A stretch of DNA of 61,883 nucleotides from positions 4,326,759 through 4,388,641 of the forward strand of contig NC_057750.1 in NCBI RefSeq assembly GCF_004010195.1, in the 5' to 3' direction. The position numbers and the translations under genes were made by a program. The notes beneath the pieces were generated by a model. The model was not told the DNA's origin. It did not search any database and was given only the letters and a program-made list of their open reading frames with translations. The DNA comes from Chiloscyllium plagiosum. Its lineage: Eukaryota. Shown here one piece after another: positions 13,650 to 25,940 of this stretch (position 1 is the first letter of the stretch; each line of letters starts with the position of its first letter).

Positions 13650-13786
13650 CTGAAAATGTGTTGCTGGAAAAGCGCAGCAGGTCAGGCAGCATCCAGGGAT
13701 TCCCTGGATGCTGCCTGACCTGCTGCGCTTTTCCAGCAACACATTTTCAGCTCTGATCTCCAGCATCTGCAGACCTCACTTTCTCC
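13650..13786 (+). mobile_element. Palindromic Penelope-derived insertion (family A) with 15-bp TSD
   Basis: Perfect hairpin 13648-13752 centred on gggattccc; ends cctcactttctcc; flanked by tataagggatagtag at 13635-13649 and 13787-13801. Confidence 0.8.
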
Positions 13787-14529
13787 TATAAGGGATAGTA
13801 GAGTGGCTCAGTGGTTAGCACTGCTGCCTCACATGCCAAGGGTCCAGGTTCAGTTCCAGCCTCAGGCAATTGTCTGTGTGGAGTTTGTATGTTCTCCCCG
13901 TGTCTGTGCACGTTTCCTCTGGGTGCTCCGGCTTGGTGGATTGACCATGTTATTTTGCTCAGGGACACGCAGGCTGAGTGGATGATCCACAGGAACTGGG
14001 GAGTTCTGCAGATAGAGAGGATGGATCTTCAGAGGGTCTGTGTGGATTCCATGGGTTGAATGGCCTGTTTCAACACTGGAGGGATTCTCTAAGTTGTTGT
14101 TTTAAGCATAATGCAGGGGACCTGAAGTTCTGAAGGCCCCTCTAGTGGTAGATAAGAGCAACTGCAGGCAGGACCACTTGTGACACAATGGGCAGCCCAC
14201 TTAGAGAGTGCAGCATTAGCACTAGCAGATTTAATCTATCGTACACCGACTGGGGCATTAGAGCTAAGTGGCTCCTGCAGTGGGCCAGTACTAACAGGAT
14301 GGACCAAAAGGTCACCACTGTGAACATCCTACAATTCAACTCCACTTGAAGACATAATGAACAGAGGTGATTACCCAGACCCTCCTCCGCACCCAGTCGT
14401 GTCATTGCTGGAATTAACCTTCATCTTGCCTGCCTCTCTGTGGCCATACTGGTTTCATTTATCTGCACAAGCCTCCAACCCTATCTGTACATCCACCTAT
14501 TGCTGTACACTTCATGTTTGCTTTGACAT

Positions 14530-15165
14530 TTATTCATGGGATATGGGCACTGCTACCAGGGACAGTATTTGTTGCCCCCCTTGAGAAGGTGGGGGTGAGC
14601 TGCCTTCTTGAACAGCTGCAGTCTATGTGCTGTGGGTTAACCCACAATGCCCTTAGGGAGGGAATTCCAGGATTTTGACCCAGCAACACTGAAGAAATGG
14701 CGATATATTTCCAAATCAGGGTGGTGAGGGACTTGGAGGGGAACTTGCAGGGGGTGGTGTTCCCGCTTGTCCTTCTATACGGAAGTGGAGGTAGGTTTGG
14801 AATGTGCTGTCTGAGGATCTTTGGTGAACTTCTGCAATGCATCTTGTAGATGGTACACACTGCTGCTACTGAGTATCGGTGGGGGAGATATTGATGCTTG
14901 TGGATATGGTGCCAATCAAGCGGGGGCTGCTTTGTCTGGATGGTTGTGAGAGTTGTTGGAGCTGCACTCATCTAGGCAAGTGTGAAGTATTCCATCACAC
15001 TCCTGACTTGTGCCTTGGAGATGGTGGATAGGCTTTGGGAGTCAGGAGGTGAGTTACTCGCTGCAGGATTCCTAGCCTCTGACCTGCTCTTGCAGCCACT
15101 GTATTTATGTGGAGAATCCAGTTCAGTCTCTAGTCATTGGTAACCCCTAGGACACTGATGGTTAC
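14530..15165 (-). mobile_element. LINE 3' fragment (partner of SINE family B)
   Basis: Homologous to plus-strand copies at 24715-26190, 30500-31010, 32960-33160 and 36330-37735. Confidence 0.7.
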
Positions 15166-15416
15166 CATGTGTTTATCCAGCTTCCCCTGGAATATATAAC
15201 ACCATTCCCCCGAATCTCTATCTCTCCGGTGGGAGTGAGTTCCACATTCTCACCACTCTCTGGGTACAGGAGCCTCTTCTCTATTGGGATTATTGGTGAC
15301 TGCCTCAGATTGGAGAATCCCAGATTCTGTCTCTCCCATGAGTGGCAAACACCTTCCTTAGATCCACCCTGAGCAAAGGTGCATTGCCCTTTGGGCAGGG
15401 CTGAGAACTGCCCAAA

Positions 15417-15708
15417 GGTGGCACAGTGGCTCAGTGGTTAGCAATGCTGCCTCACAGTGCCAGGGTTCCAGGTTCAATTCCAGCCTCGGGCGACTGTCTG
15501 TGTGGAGTTTGCACATTCTCCCCGTGTCTGTGTCTGCGTGGTTTTCCTCCCACATTCCAAAGATGTGCAGGCCAGGTGAATTGGCCATGCTAAATTGTCC
15601 ATAGTTGTTAGGTGCATTAGTCAGATGGGCGAGGGTGGGTTACTCTTTGGAGGGTCGGTTTGGACTTGTTGGGCCGAAGGGTCTGTTTCTACACTGTAGG
15701 GAATCTAA
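15417..15708 (+). mobile_element. HE1-like tRNA-derived SINE
   Basis: A box tggctcagtgg, B box ggttcaattcc, core gtgtggagtttgcacattctccccgtgtctg, CR1-like tail. Confidence 0.85.
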
Positions 15709-16714
15709 CCATGAAACTGGCACGGAGCTGCATGTGGGGAGGTGAGTATAAAAATGAAATTCACTCTGCATTGCGAGGGCTCCAGGTGGCGATCAGCTTC
15801 AGTGGGTTGCTGGGACAGCATTGGTCCAGCCCAGTGTGTTTATTGGTTTCTGCCAAAAATGGATCCACTTCCTGAGTGGGTTTATTGCAATGGTGATTCC
15901 CAGTTGCTGCTGTGGTACTAATGAATTCCATCTACAATGGTCCCAAATCTGACTAGGAGGGAGAATGAACAGGGAGTGTTCAAGGTGCAGCACAGAGGGA
16001 GGATTAACTACAAGTGACTATCACTCGTGTGTCTCTACTGCACAAAAACTGACCACACACTCAGCTTAGACGGGTTTCATCTCCCTCCTTTACAAAGCTG
16101 ACTCCTGCTAAGAGTCTCGCTCTGGGGAAAAGAGGGAAAGTCAATTGCAACCTCATTGCTAAAGTCATCCATGCATCCCCACGGATCCCGAGGAAACTGC
16201 CTCCCTTTCCAACTGACAGAGGGAGTTTGGAGTAGAAATAGACCACTCGGCCCATCGAACCTGCACCTCCATTCCATCGGGCAGCTCTGAACATCCAAAC
16301 TGGCCCGGCCACGTGGTGAGGTGGAGAGTGTGGCTGTCTTCGACTGGACATGTTTATTAATTGGCTCGCCCATCAGCTCCTCCAGACAGACCCCCTTCCA
16401 CTCAGCCTTCATCAAAACTACCCCTCTCCTGCCCCAAGCAAAGAGCAGAGGCAGAGAATGCAAATGTCTCCCCTTGAGTTTCATCAGCACATATCAGGTA
16501 TCACACCATTCAGCCTCCTCCTGCTCCTCATCATTTACCTCAACTCCATTTCCCTGTACTAGCCCCCAATGTCTTAAATATCTACAAACCTAGCTATCGC
16601 TGTCTTGAACTCACTCAGTGATGGAGCCTCCATAATCCTCTGGGAGAGAATTCCAAAAGTTTCATACCCTTTCTCTGTGAAGTTCATAGTTCCTTGAAGT
16701 CGCACATAGACAGG

Positions 16715-17348
16715 ACAGTGAATAAGGGGTTTGGTATGCCTGCCTTTATTGGTCAGTGCATTGAGTAGGGTTGGGAGGTCATCTTGCACTGCTACAATTC
16801 ATTGGTTTGGAATTCTGCATTCAATTCTGGTCTCCCTGCTTTAGAAAAGATGTTGTGAAATATTAAAGGGTTCAGAAAAGATTTACAAGGTTGTTGGCAG
16901 GGTTGGAGGGTTTGAGCTATAGGGAGAGGCTGGGGCTGTTTTCCATGGAGCATTGGAAGTTGTGAGGTGACCTTATAGAGGTTTATAAAATCACAAGAGG
17001 GCATGGATTGAGGGGGAATAGGCAAGGTCTTTTCCCTCGGGTGGGGCAGTCCTAAACTAGAGCACATAGGTTTAAGGTGAGAGGGGAAAGATATAAAAGG
17101 GACCTGAGGGGCAACGTTTTCACACAGAGGGTGGTGCGTGTATGGAATGAGCTGCCAGAGGAAGTGGTGGAGGCTGGTACAGTTACAACATTTAAAAGGC
17201 ATCTGGATGGGTACATGAATAGGAAGGGTTTAGAGGGATATGGGTCAAATGCTGGCAATTGGGACTAGATAAGTTTAGAATATCTAGTTGGTATGGATGA
17301 GTTGGACCGAAGGGTCTGTTTCTGTGCTGTACATCTCTATGATTCTAA
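16715..17348 (+). mobile_element. CR1/HER1-like LINE 3' fragment
   Basis: Remnant RGERYKRDLRGNVFTQRVVRVWNELPEEVVEAGT plus tail ctctatgattcta. Confidence 0.85.
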
Positions 17349-18687
17349 GACGTTCCTCCTGATCTCAAATGGCCTACCATTTTTTAATGGACACATGAAA
17401 TAGAAACAGAGTAGGCCATTCTGCCCTTCAAGCCTGCCTCACCATTCAATAAGATTAAGGTTGATCTGTTTGTGTTTTGAATTCCACGTTCCCATCAACC
17501 CCCAATGCCCTTCGATTCCCCTGTCCAACAAGAATCCACCTCTGCCTTAAAAATATTCAATAAATCTACTTCCATCACTTTCTGGGGTAGACAGTCTAAG
17601 TGCTGCACAACCTTCAGAGAGAACAAAAAAGTCATCTCCTCTCCCCCTGAAAGGGTGACCTCTAATTTATAAACAGTGCTCCGGGTTCTGGACTGACCCA
17701 CATGAGGAACCATCCTTCCCATATCCACCTTGTCCAGACCATTCAGGATTTTGTACACTTCAATCAAACCACCCCCTTACTCTTCTAAACTCTACTGAAA
17801 ACCAGCCCAGTCTGTCCAACCTTTCCTCAACCAAACAGCCCACTCCTTCCACGTATCAATCTGGTAAACCTCCTCTGAACCACTGCCAGTGCACTTACAT
17901 CCTTCATTAGATAAGAAGACCAGAACTGAATACTGTCCAGAGTTTTCTATGCCCCTGGTTCCAGACTCAATGGCATTAGCCATCACTGAATCCCTCACTA
18001 TCAACATCCTGGGGTTTACCATTGACCAGAAACTGAACTGGACTCATCATAGTGGCTACAAAAACAGCTCAGAGACCAGAAATACTGCAATGAATAACTT
18101 ACCTCCTGACTCCCCAAAGCCTGTTCACAAACATAGAATCCCTAGAGTGTGGAATTATGCCACTTGACCCATCAGGTCCACACCAACCCATCAGGTCCAC
18201 ACCAACCCTCCGAAAAGCATCCCACTTGGACAAAACCCTCTCCCCTGTTGCTGTAAATCCTGCATTTCCCATGGCTAATCCGCCCAACCTGCACATTGTT
18301 GGCACAAATCGAGAGTGTGGTGGAATACTCCCCACGTGCATGGATGGGTGCGGCTCTAATAACATTCAAGAAGCTCGAAACCATCCAGGAAAAAGCAGCC
18401 TTCTTGATTGGCACCACATCCACAAATATTCAATCTCCGAACCTCACACTCAGGAGCAGCAGTGTGTACTTTATTTCTCGTACTGTAAATACAACACAGT
18501 GGCTTCAGCTTAAAGAATGAGGCAATAACCCTGTGATTTGTCAAACATGACATTTCCTGTCCACACAAAAATGACAGAATGTTCCACAAGGTGACATGAA
18601 TCTGCCGGTAAGGATTCTCTACTACAGCATTAACTCGGAGAGGAACTGGGCAGATCAAACTTAAAGGAACAATGAAGTGGTCTTGCT

Positions 18688-18868
18688 GGGGAAAACTCGG
18701 CAGGTCTGGCAGTGGCTGTGGAGAGAGAAACAGAGTTAGCATTTTGATTCTGGTGAGGTCTGTCCTTCAGAAGGTTCTGAAGAAGGGTCACGGGACTCAA
18801 AATGTTAATCTCTTCCTCTCTTTCCACGGATGCCTCCAGACCTGCTGAGTTTCTCCAGCATTTTCTGT
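18688..18868. mobile_element. Palindromic Penelope-like fragment (older family) with degenerate hammerhead core
   Basis: Inverted arms; ctgaaga-agggtc-acgg-gactc-aaaa at about 18777-18803. Related copies at about 5820-5965, 28100-28190 and 41842-42035. Confidence 0.55.
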
Positions 18869-19154
18869 TTGCTATTCAGATCTTCAGTTCATTGTTTTAA
18901 TTGAATAAGATGATTTGGTTTGGCCCCTGCTCCCTCCGTTTGCAAAGGCACTATTTGTCATAACAGGGAGCAGTCTGCCCTGTCCTACCCAGAACCCAGG
19001 GTCCGGCCTGTGTCGGCTCAGGACCTTTGAGGTAGGAGCAGGAGAGTGGAAAGGAATTTAACACCAACACCACTCCTCTATTGCTGCACAGTGACTTAGA
19101 GGAGGCCATTCAGCCCTTGGAGTTCACTGAGCGACTGGAAGTCTCTGTAAAGTT

Positions 19155-19318
19155 GGGGGGGAGGTGGTGGGAGGGGAGGCTGGAGTGGTGGTGAGAGGGG
19201 AGGTGGTGGGAGGGGAGGCGGTGGGAGGGGAGGTGGTAGTGGTGGTGGGAGGGGAGGTGGTGGGAGGGGAGGCGGTGGGAGGGGAGGCGGTGGGAGGGTA
19301 GGCTGGAGTGGTGGTGGG
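19155..19318. repeat. G-rich repeat, about 15-bp unit (ggtgggaggggaggy)
   Basis: Tandem degenerate units; source of the poly-Pro ORF. Confidence 0.85.
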
Positions 19319-19579
19319 TCTGGCTCGTCCACGCTAGCCTCCACAGCCAAAAGGCACATTCACGCGGTCAACGTCAAGAGTTCCTTCCTGGATATCTCAA
19401 GAATTGGACTGAGCAGTGTGACACCTCTGCTGTGCAATCGCTGAGTAGGGGGGGTGAGCTGGATGGAGGTGGGGGTAGTTGAAGGGATGGATCCTACCAT
19501 AAGACCATGTCTTTGGGAGACGGTGGGAGAGAGACATGCCAGGAAAGAATTGCGATAGTGAATTGGGAGTATAGCTCCT

Positions 19580-19898
19580 GGGAGAATGTGTGGACTGCAG
19601 ATGCTGGAGATTCCCCACCTCACCCTAGTTCCAAACTTCCAGCTCAGCCTGTCCCCATGACCTGTCCTACCTGCCTATCTTCTTTTCCACCTATCCACTC
19701 CACCCTCCTCCCTGACCTATCACCTTCATCCCCTCCCCCACTCACCTATTGTACTCTCTGCTACTTTCTCCCCACCCCCACCGTCCTCTAGCTTAATCTC
19801 TCCTTTATTCCTGATGAAGGGCTTTTGCCCGAAACGTCGATTTTGCTGCTCCTCCAATGCTGCCTGAATTGCTGTGCTCTTCCAGCACCACTAATCCA
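19580..19898 (+). mobile_element. Penelope-like 3' region with intact hammerhead core
   Basis: Short inverted terminus (ggactgcagatgctggag), C-rich UTR, ctgatga-a-gggc-tttt-gccc-gaaa-cg-tc at 19811-19838. Confidence 0.7.
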
Positions 19899-19918
19899 GA
19901 AGCTGGAGAAGTCAGCAT

Positions 19919-20170
19919 GGGCAGCACGGTGGCTCAGTGGTTAGCACTGCTGCCTCACAGCACCAGGGTCCCAGGTTCGATTCCAGCCTCGGGCAACTCT
20001 CTGTGTGGAGTTTGCTCCAGTTTCCTCCCACAGTCCAAAGATGTGCAGGTTAGGTGGATTGGCCGTGCTAAACTGCCCATAGTGTTAGGTGCATTAGTCA
20101 AAGGGAAATGGGTTGGTGTGGACTTGTTGGGCCGAAGGGCCTGTTTCCACACTGTAGGGAAATCTAATCT
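19919..20170 (+). mobile_element. HE1-like SINE (internally deleted)
   Basis: ggcagcacggtggctcagtggttagcac... ending aatctaatct. Confidence 0.85.
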
Positions 20171-20184
20171 TAAAGTCAGAGTCA

Positions 20185-20330
20185 AAAAGGGTGGTGCTGG
20201 AAAAACACAGCAGGTCAGGCAACATCTGAGGAACAGGAGAGTCCTGATGAAGGGCTTATGCCCGAAACATCGACTCTCCTGCTCCTCGGATGCTGCCTGA
20301 CCTGCTGTGCTTTCCCAGCACCAGCCTTTT
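20185..20330 (+). ncRNA. Type I hammerhead-like motif within a Penelope-derived inverted repeat
   Basis: aggagagtc-CTGATGA-A-gggc(ttat)gccc-GAAA-ca-TC-gactctcct; the flanks are complementary over about 55 bp. Confidence 0.6.
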
Positions 20331-22287
20331 CAAGTCTAGCTCCTGTCCAAGGGCATTGACCAGAGTGAGAGAGTTCAGGAGCTCACATGAGGTGAAATCC
20401 AGGCCTTCTCTGGCCTGCTGGGTGGATAGGAAAGATCCCACAGCCATAGGTTTGAAAAACAGCTGGTAGGGGTGGGGGTGGGACTGAGGCAGGGGTTGGG
20501 ATAGCTCTGCCTGCTATCGCTGGGGTTGATATTTAAGCTTCAATCACACAAAAAACAAGCTGCTTCTTGTCCAACTGCAGACTGTGGAAGCTTGCTGCAT
20601 GTCTTTTTTGCCCTTGTTCACTCATGGCATCGCGAGCTGGGCCAGCATTTATTGCCCATCCCTAATTGCCCAGAGAGTGGTTAAGAGTCAACTACATCGC
20701 TGAGGGTCTGGAGTCACGTTTAGGCCCAGGTAAGGATGGCAGTTTCCTTCCCTAAAGGGCATTACTGAACCAGATCGGCTTTGTCCCCCCATCATCAATA
20801 ACAGTCATCTTTGGACTCAATTCCAGATTCTTCTATTAAGAACAAATTCAAACCCCATCAGCTACCAGGCGGGATTTGAACCCAGGTCCCGAGAATAATG
20901 CCTGGGTCTCTGGAATAGTCCAGCAATCACACCACAGTGCCATTGCTTCCCCATTACTGACTGAACAATGCCCCCTCCAGTAATTTGATGTAACAACAAG
21001 CCCCTTAGTTTAGGCCTTGGATTCTGTGAAGAAGACAGAATTGAGGCCACAAACGCTGAGCCACCATGAGGACAAGTGTTTTAATGTGGAGTGCAGTGAG
21101 CTGGGGGGAACCTGAGGGGTAAGCATCCCAGGGCCCCACTAACAGATTGTGAAATGCCGTGCTCTGAAACGCACACCACAGGAAGGTTCCAGTGCAGAAA
21201 GAGGCCATTCAGCTCATCTCAGCCATTCTCTCCCGCACATCCTTCCTTCTCAGGTGACTATCCCATTCCCTTTCAAAAGCCCGGTTTGAAGCTGCCTCCA
21301 CCACACTCTGCACTCCAGACCCTAATCGTTCACTGAAGTTTGTCATGCTGGCCATGTTGCCACTGCGTCTAAATTTGTGCTCTGTCCTTCTCAATCCTTC
21401 CACCAAAGGGAACAGTTGCTCCCTCTCTATGCCGTTCAGGCCTTCAGGACGTACACTGCCACCATCAAACCTCCTCTCAATCTTCTCATCTCCAGGGAAA
21501 ACAGACCCACCTTCTCCACGTCCCTGCAGTTCCTCACCCCTGGAGCCAATCTTTTCTGCCCTCTATCTCTAATAACCAGGCTGTCTTTCAAAAGAGTTGC
21601 TTCTAAGATAGAACATGGTAACACCAAGAGGAATGGGCCAGTTATCTCAGGTGGCTGAATGGCTGGTGTGCAATCTAGAATAGACACCAAGAGCGTGGGC
21701 TCAGTCCTCATACCGGTTGAGGTTATCATGAAGGATTCCCCTTCTCAATGTCTCCTGGGAGCGTACTGACACTCAGGTTAAACTACCATCAGTTGTCTCT
21801 CTCAAATGAGAGCGGGATAATCTTTAAGGGACTCACAGCATCCATAGAGAGAGTTAGTTAACGTTTTGAGTCTACTCAGTACAGATTCCAATATTTACAG
21901 TAATGTGCTCCTTGGACTATCAGGTGAAGATGAACCAGTTTTTTTTCTGAATAAGGTTTGCCTTATCTCTCTCTCTCTCTCTCTATCACAACCTGAGCAG
22001 CTTCAACAGGCCTACGCTCCCAGATTTAACTGAGGCTTTTACTTTGGTTCGGGTTAGTTTTTAAATCAGGCTTGACCGCCCCCTCCTGGTCTCTGTAGGT
22101 GGCTCCCTCAGGTCCTGACTGTGAGGAGTTGGACTGACACACCCCCTAGTTTAAAGAGGAAGTGGGTTGCGGGTGGGGGAATAGGAGGACAAACGGGGTG
22201 GGGACAGGAGGAAAAGAGGGGGGGGGGAGGTTGGAGGGTAGAGAATGAACTTCACAAGGTGGGCAGTAAATGGGGGATTAAACTCAC

Positions 22288-22416
22288 CTGAGCGACCACA
22301 ATCTGCACAGGATATTAGATCCTCAGGACACCCAGTCTTCTTATTTGCAGAAATCCCGCCCAGGCAGAAATCGCAATAGGTGTTCGGAATGATGGTCCCA
22401 TCGGGGGCTTTCCTAG
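22288..22416 (-). CDS. DPF1: DPF1 coding exon, first half of PHD1 (129 nt)
   Basis: Read by hand: (P/A)[42 protein letters not shown](G); acceptor tcctgcag|, donor CAG|gtgagt; phase 1 to 1. Confidence 0.96.
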
Positions 22417-22719
22417 CTGCAGGACATTATGTAACAGTCAATAGGGCGGAGAGAGATGCAAACATCTTCCTTACACTCCCTGAGCAATGGGATGTCCTGC
22501 ACACACCTTTCCAGGCGGGAGATTCACTACAGGAACCAGGCAGGGGGACAACCAGCAAGTTCAAGAGTCCTCACCGAATCTTAAAGGGGCAGTCTTCTCA
22601 TCCAGCTCCCCCCTCCCCACCCCTCTCCCTCCCACCATAAAGTCAGGGCGAGGTTTTATTTTGACTCCTCTCCCACTCCTCAGTAACACCACTTTGCCAA
22701 GTGGGTCACACTCTCATGG

Positions 22720-23525
22720 AGTCTTCACAGCACAGAAAGAGGCCATTCAGCCCATCGTGTCCACTCCAGTCATCAAACACCCATCTATTCTCATCTAATT
22801 TCCCAACATTCACCTGTAGCCTTATGTGCTGTGGCATTTTGAGTGATCATCTTAACCGCTGTGAGGCTTCCCACCTCTGTCACCCGTTCAGGCAGTGAGT
22901 TCCACATTCCCACTACCTTCTGGACGAAAAATATTTTCCTAAAATCTCCTGCTCCTTACTTTCAAACTGTGCCCCCTGGTCATTGACCCGTCTATCCACC
23001 CTGTCTATGTGCCCCAGAATTTTGTGCAACTCAATCAGGGCTCCGCTCCCAACCCAACCTAACCTCCTCTGCTCTCAGGAAAACAAACCCCAGCCTATCT
23101 AGTCTCTCTTCATCGCTGAATCGCTCCAGCCCAGGCAACATCCTGGTGAATCTCCTCTGCGTCCTCTCCAGTGCAGTCACATCCTTCCTACAGTCAGGGA
23201 CCAGAGTTGTACACAGTACTTTAGCTGTGGCCTAGTGTTATTTCCAGCTCCATCCTTGCTGTTGTATTCAATGCCTGGACTCATAAACGCAAGTCGCCCA
23301 TATGCCTCGATAACCACTTACTGACCTATCGTGCCATCTTCCAGGACCTATGGACATGCACATCAAGGTCCCTCTGATCTCTTGCACTTCCCAGGGTATT
23401 CCATTCCTAGGGTACACCATTCACCATGTACTCCTTTGCCTTCTTAATCCTCCCAAAATGCATCAGCTCACACATTCCAGGATCAAATTTTATTTGCTAC
23501 CATTTGGCCCATCTAACCAGTCCAT
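22720..23525 (-). mobile_element. Degenerate CR1-like LINE fragment
   Basis: Reverse-complement similarity to the plus-strand fragment at 28590-29545. Confidence 0.7.
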
Positions 23526-25073
23526 CTTGAGTCAGAAGGCTGTGGCTTCAAATCTTGCTGCAAAGACTCCAGCCGCACTGTCCAGTTGGACTGAGGAAGT
23601 GCCGCACTGTCAGATGCGCCATTTCTCAATTCAAACTATGAAGCCAAGTCCTGTCCATGCTCTTGTGAAAGGGAGAAGAGAAAGGGAGTTCTCCTTGGTG
23701 TCCTGGACAACGGCAATCCCTCAATCAACATTACTAAAGAACAGATTATCCGTTTGTCACAACTTTACTGTTTGTTGGAGCTTGCTGTGCATGATCTGGC
23801 TGGTGAATCTCTTACAAGATGACAGGACCTGCACTTCAAAGGTATTTTATTACTTGTAAAATGCTTTGGGATGGCTTAAGATCATGAAAGGTGCTATATC
23901 AATGCACAGTCTTTTTCCCAGGACAGTACAGTCTTCACACGGGCAGTCTGATAACGGGGAGTGGCAGGGAAAGGGATGAGAGGTGATGCTCCTTTGTCAC
24001 ATGTTTCACATTCAGCGGTCTGAGGCACTCCCATTCCCATGAAGAGTTATGATTATCTCTCTGAGGGACTGACTGAGCTCCTCTCCAGCAATGAGTGGGT
24101 GTGGGTCAAGGTTGTAGCCCATGAGACAGTCAGTCTAGATCCCAACTGGTACTGAGTATCTAACGTATCTAAAGCAGATCTGGTGTCAGTGCATGTCCTT
24201 GGAAGCTACATCTGTAGTTGTAAAGTTCTTTATTTCCCAGCCTTGAGTCCACAGCCCAAACAATAGACACACTTAACATAGAAACATAGATTATAGCAGC
24301 AGAAGTAGGCCATTCAATCCATCAAGCCTACTCCACCATTCAACATGATCATGGCTGATCCTCTATTTCAATGAAATACTCCCACACTGTCTCCATACTC
24401 CATTACCCTCCAGAGGTCTATTCATGTTGTGAACATATTAAGAACATTTCGTCCACAGACCTCTTTGGGAGGGAACATCACTAGTCCCTGAGCAAAGAAA
24501 TTCCTCCTCCGTTCAGTCCCTACTTCCGCTTTATATCCCTTTTCTAATCAATTCCCTTCACAATCAGAGCCAACGTTCCATTTTCCACAGCATGCTCTGC
24601 TTTAAGAGATCCTCACTGTTCAGGATATTCAGGAATTGGACTGAGCAGTGTGATACCTCTACAGTATAATAACCCATTGACATACACCAGATTGGTAGAC
24701 AAGAGGAGTTACATCTTAAGGCCTGAGGTGGGGATGTTCACCAATGATGGCACAATGTTCAGCACCATTAGCAACTCCTCAGCAGCTCATGTTCAAATGC
24801 AGCAAGACCTGGACAATATCTTAGCTTGGACTGACTATGACAAGTTACATTCAAGCCACACAAATGCCAGGCTATGTCCATCTCCAATAAGAGATTCAAT
24901 GGCATCACCATTACTGAAGCTCCCTACCCATTGGCAACATCTAGGGGGTTATCATTGATCAGAAACTGAACTGAGCTAGCCAGTTAAAGATCACAGCTAC
25001 AAGAGTAGGACAGAGGCTAGAAATACTGCAGTGAGCAAGTCACCTCCTGATTCCCAAAGCCTGTCCACCATCT

Positions 25074-25291
25074 TGGAGCAAGTGAGGACTGCAGATGCTG
25101 TAGGTCAGAGTTGAGAGTGTGGTGCTGGAAGAGCACAGCAGGTCAGGCAGCATCCCAGGAGCAGGCTAGTCAACGTTTTGGGCATTAGTCCTTCATCAGG
25201 AATGATGAAGGGCCTATGCCCAAAATGTCAATTCTCCTGCTCCTCAGATGCTGCCTGACCGGCTGTGCTTTTCCAGCACCACACTCTCGAC
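25074..25291 (-). mobile_element. Palindromic Penelope-derived insertion with 14-bp TSD, nested in a LINE
   Basis: cctgtccaccatct duplicated at 25060-25073 and 25292-25305; two decayed back-to-back hammerhead cores. Confidence 0.75.
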
Positions 25292-25579
25292 CCTGTCCAC
25301 CATCTACAAGGCAGAAGTCAGGGGTGTGATGGAATACTCCCCACTTGCCCTGGATCGGAGCAGCTCCAACAACACTCAAGAAGCTCAACACCATCCAGGG
25401 CAAAGCAGCCCCCGCTTGATCAGCACCACATCCACAAACATCCACTCCCTCCACCACTCATGCTCAGTAGCAGCAGTGTGTACTATCTACAAGTTGCACT
25501 ACAGAAATCGTCAAAGGCTCTTTAGTTTGACCCTTCCAAACTTACAATCTCCATAACATAGGACAAAGTCAGCAGACAT

Positions 25580-25940
25580 CGACATCATCTATTGCATCCG
25601 CTGCACCCGATGTGGCCTCCTCTATATTGGGGAGACAGGCCNNNNNNNNNNNNNNNNNNNNNNNNNNNNNNNNNNNNNNNNNNNNNNNNNNNNNNNNNNN
25701 NNNNNNNNNNNNNNNNNNNNNNNNNNNNNNNNNNNNNNNNNNNNNNNNNNNNNNNNNNNNNNNNNNNNNNNNNNNNNNNNNNNNNNNNNNNNNNNNNNNN
25801 NNNNNNNNNNNNNNNNNNNNNNNNNNNNNNNNNNNNNNNNNNNNNNNNNNNNNNNNNNGATGCTGCCTGACCTGCTGCGCTTTTCCAGCAACACATTTTC
25901 AGCTCTGATTTCCAGCATCTGCAGCCCTCACTTTCTCCTC
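25580..25940 (+). mobile_element. Penelope-like element 3' part with GIY-YIG endonuclease motif (spans a gap)
   Basis: 25581-25640 translates DIIYCIRCTRCGLLYIGETG; after the N gap comes the family A terminus (...gcatctgcagccctcactttctcc). Confidence 0.8.
25642..25858. other. Assembly gap
   Basis: Run of N. Confidence 1.

Noticed and set aside
19096..19359. Poly-proline ORF as a DPF3a-like alternative last exon
   Set aside because: Derived from a G-rich tandem repeat, has a stop immediately upstream, lacks a suitable phase-1 acceptor and does not resemble the DPF3a tail.
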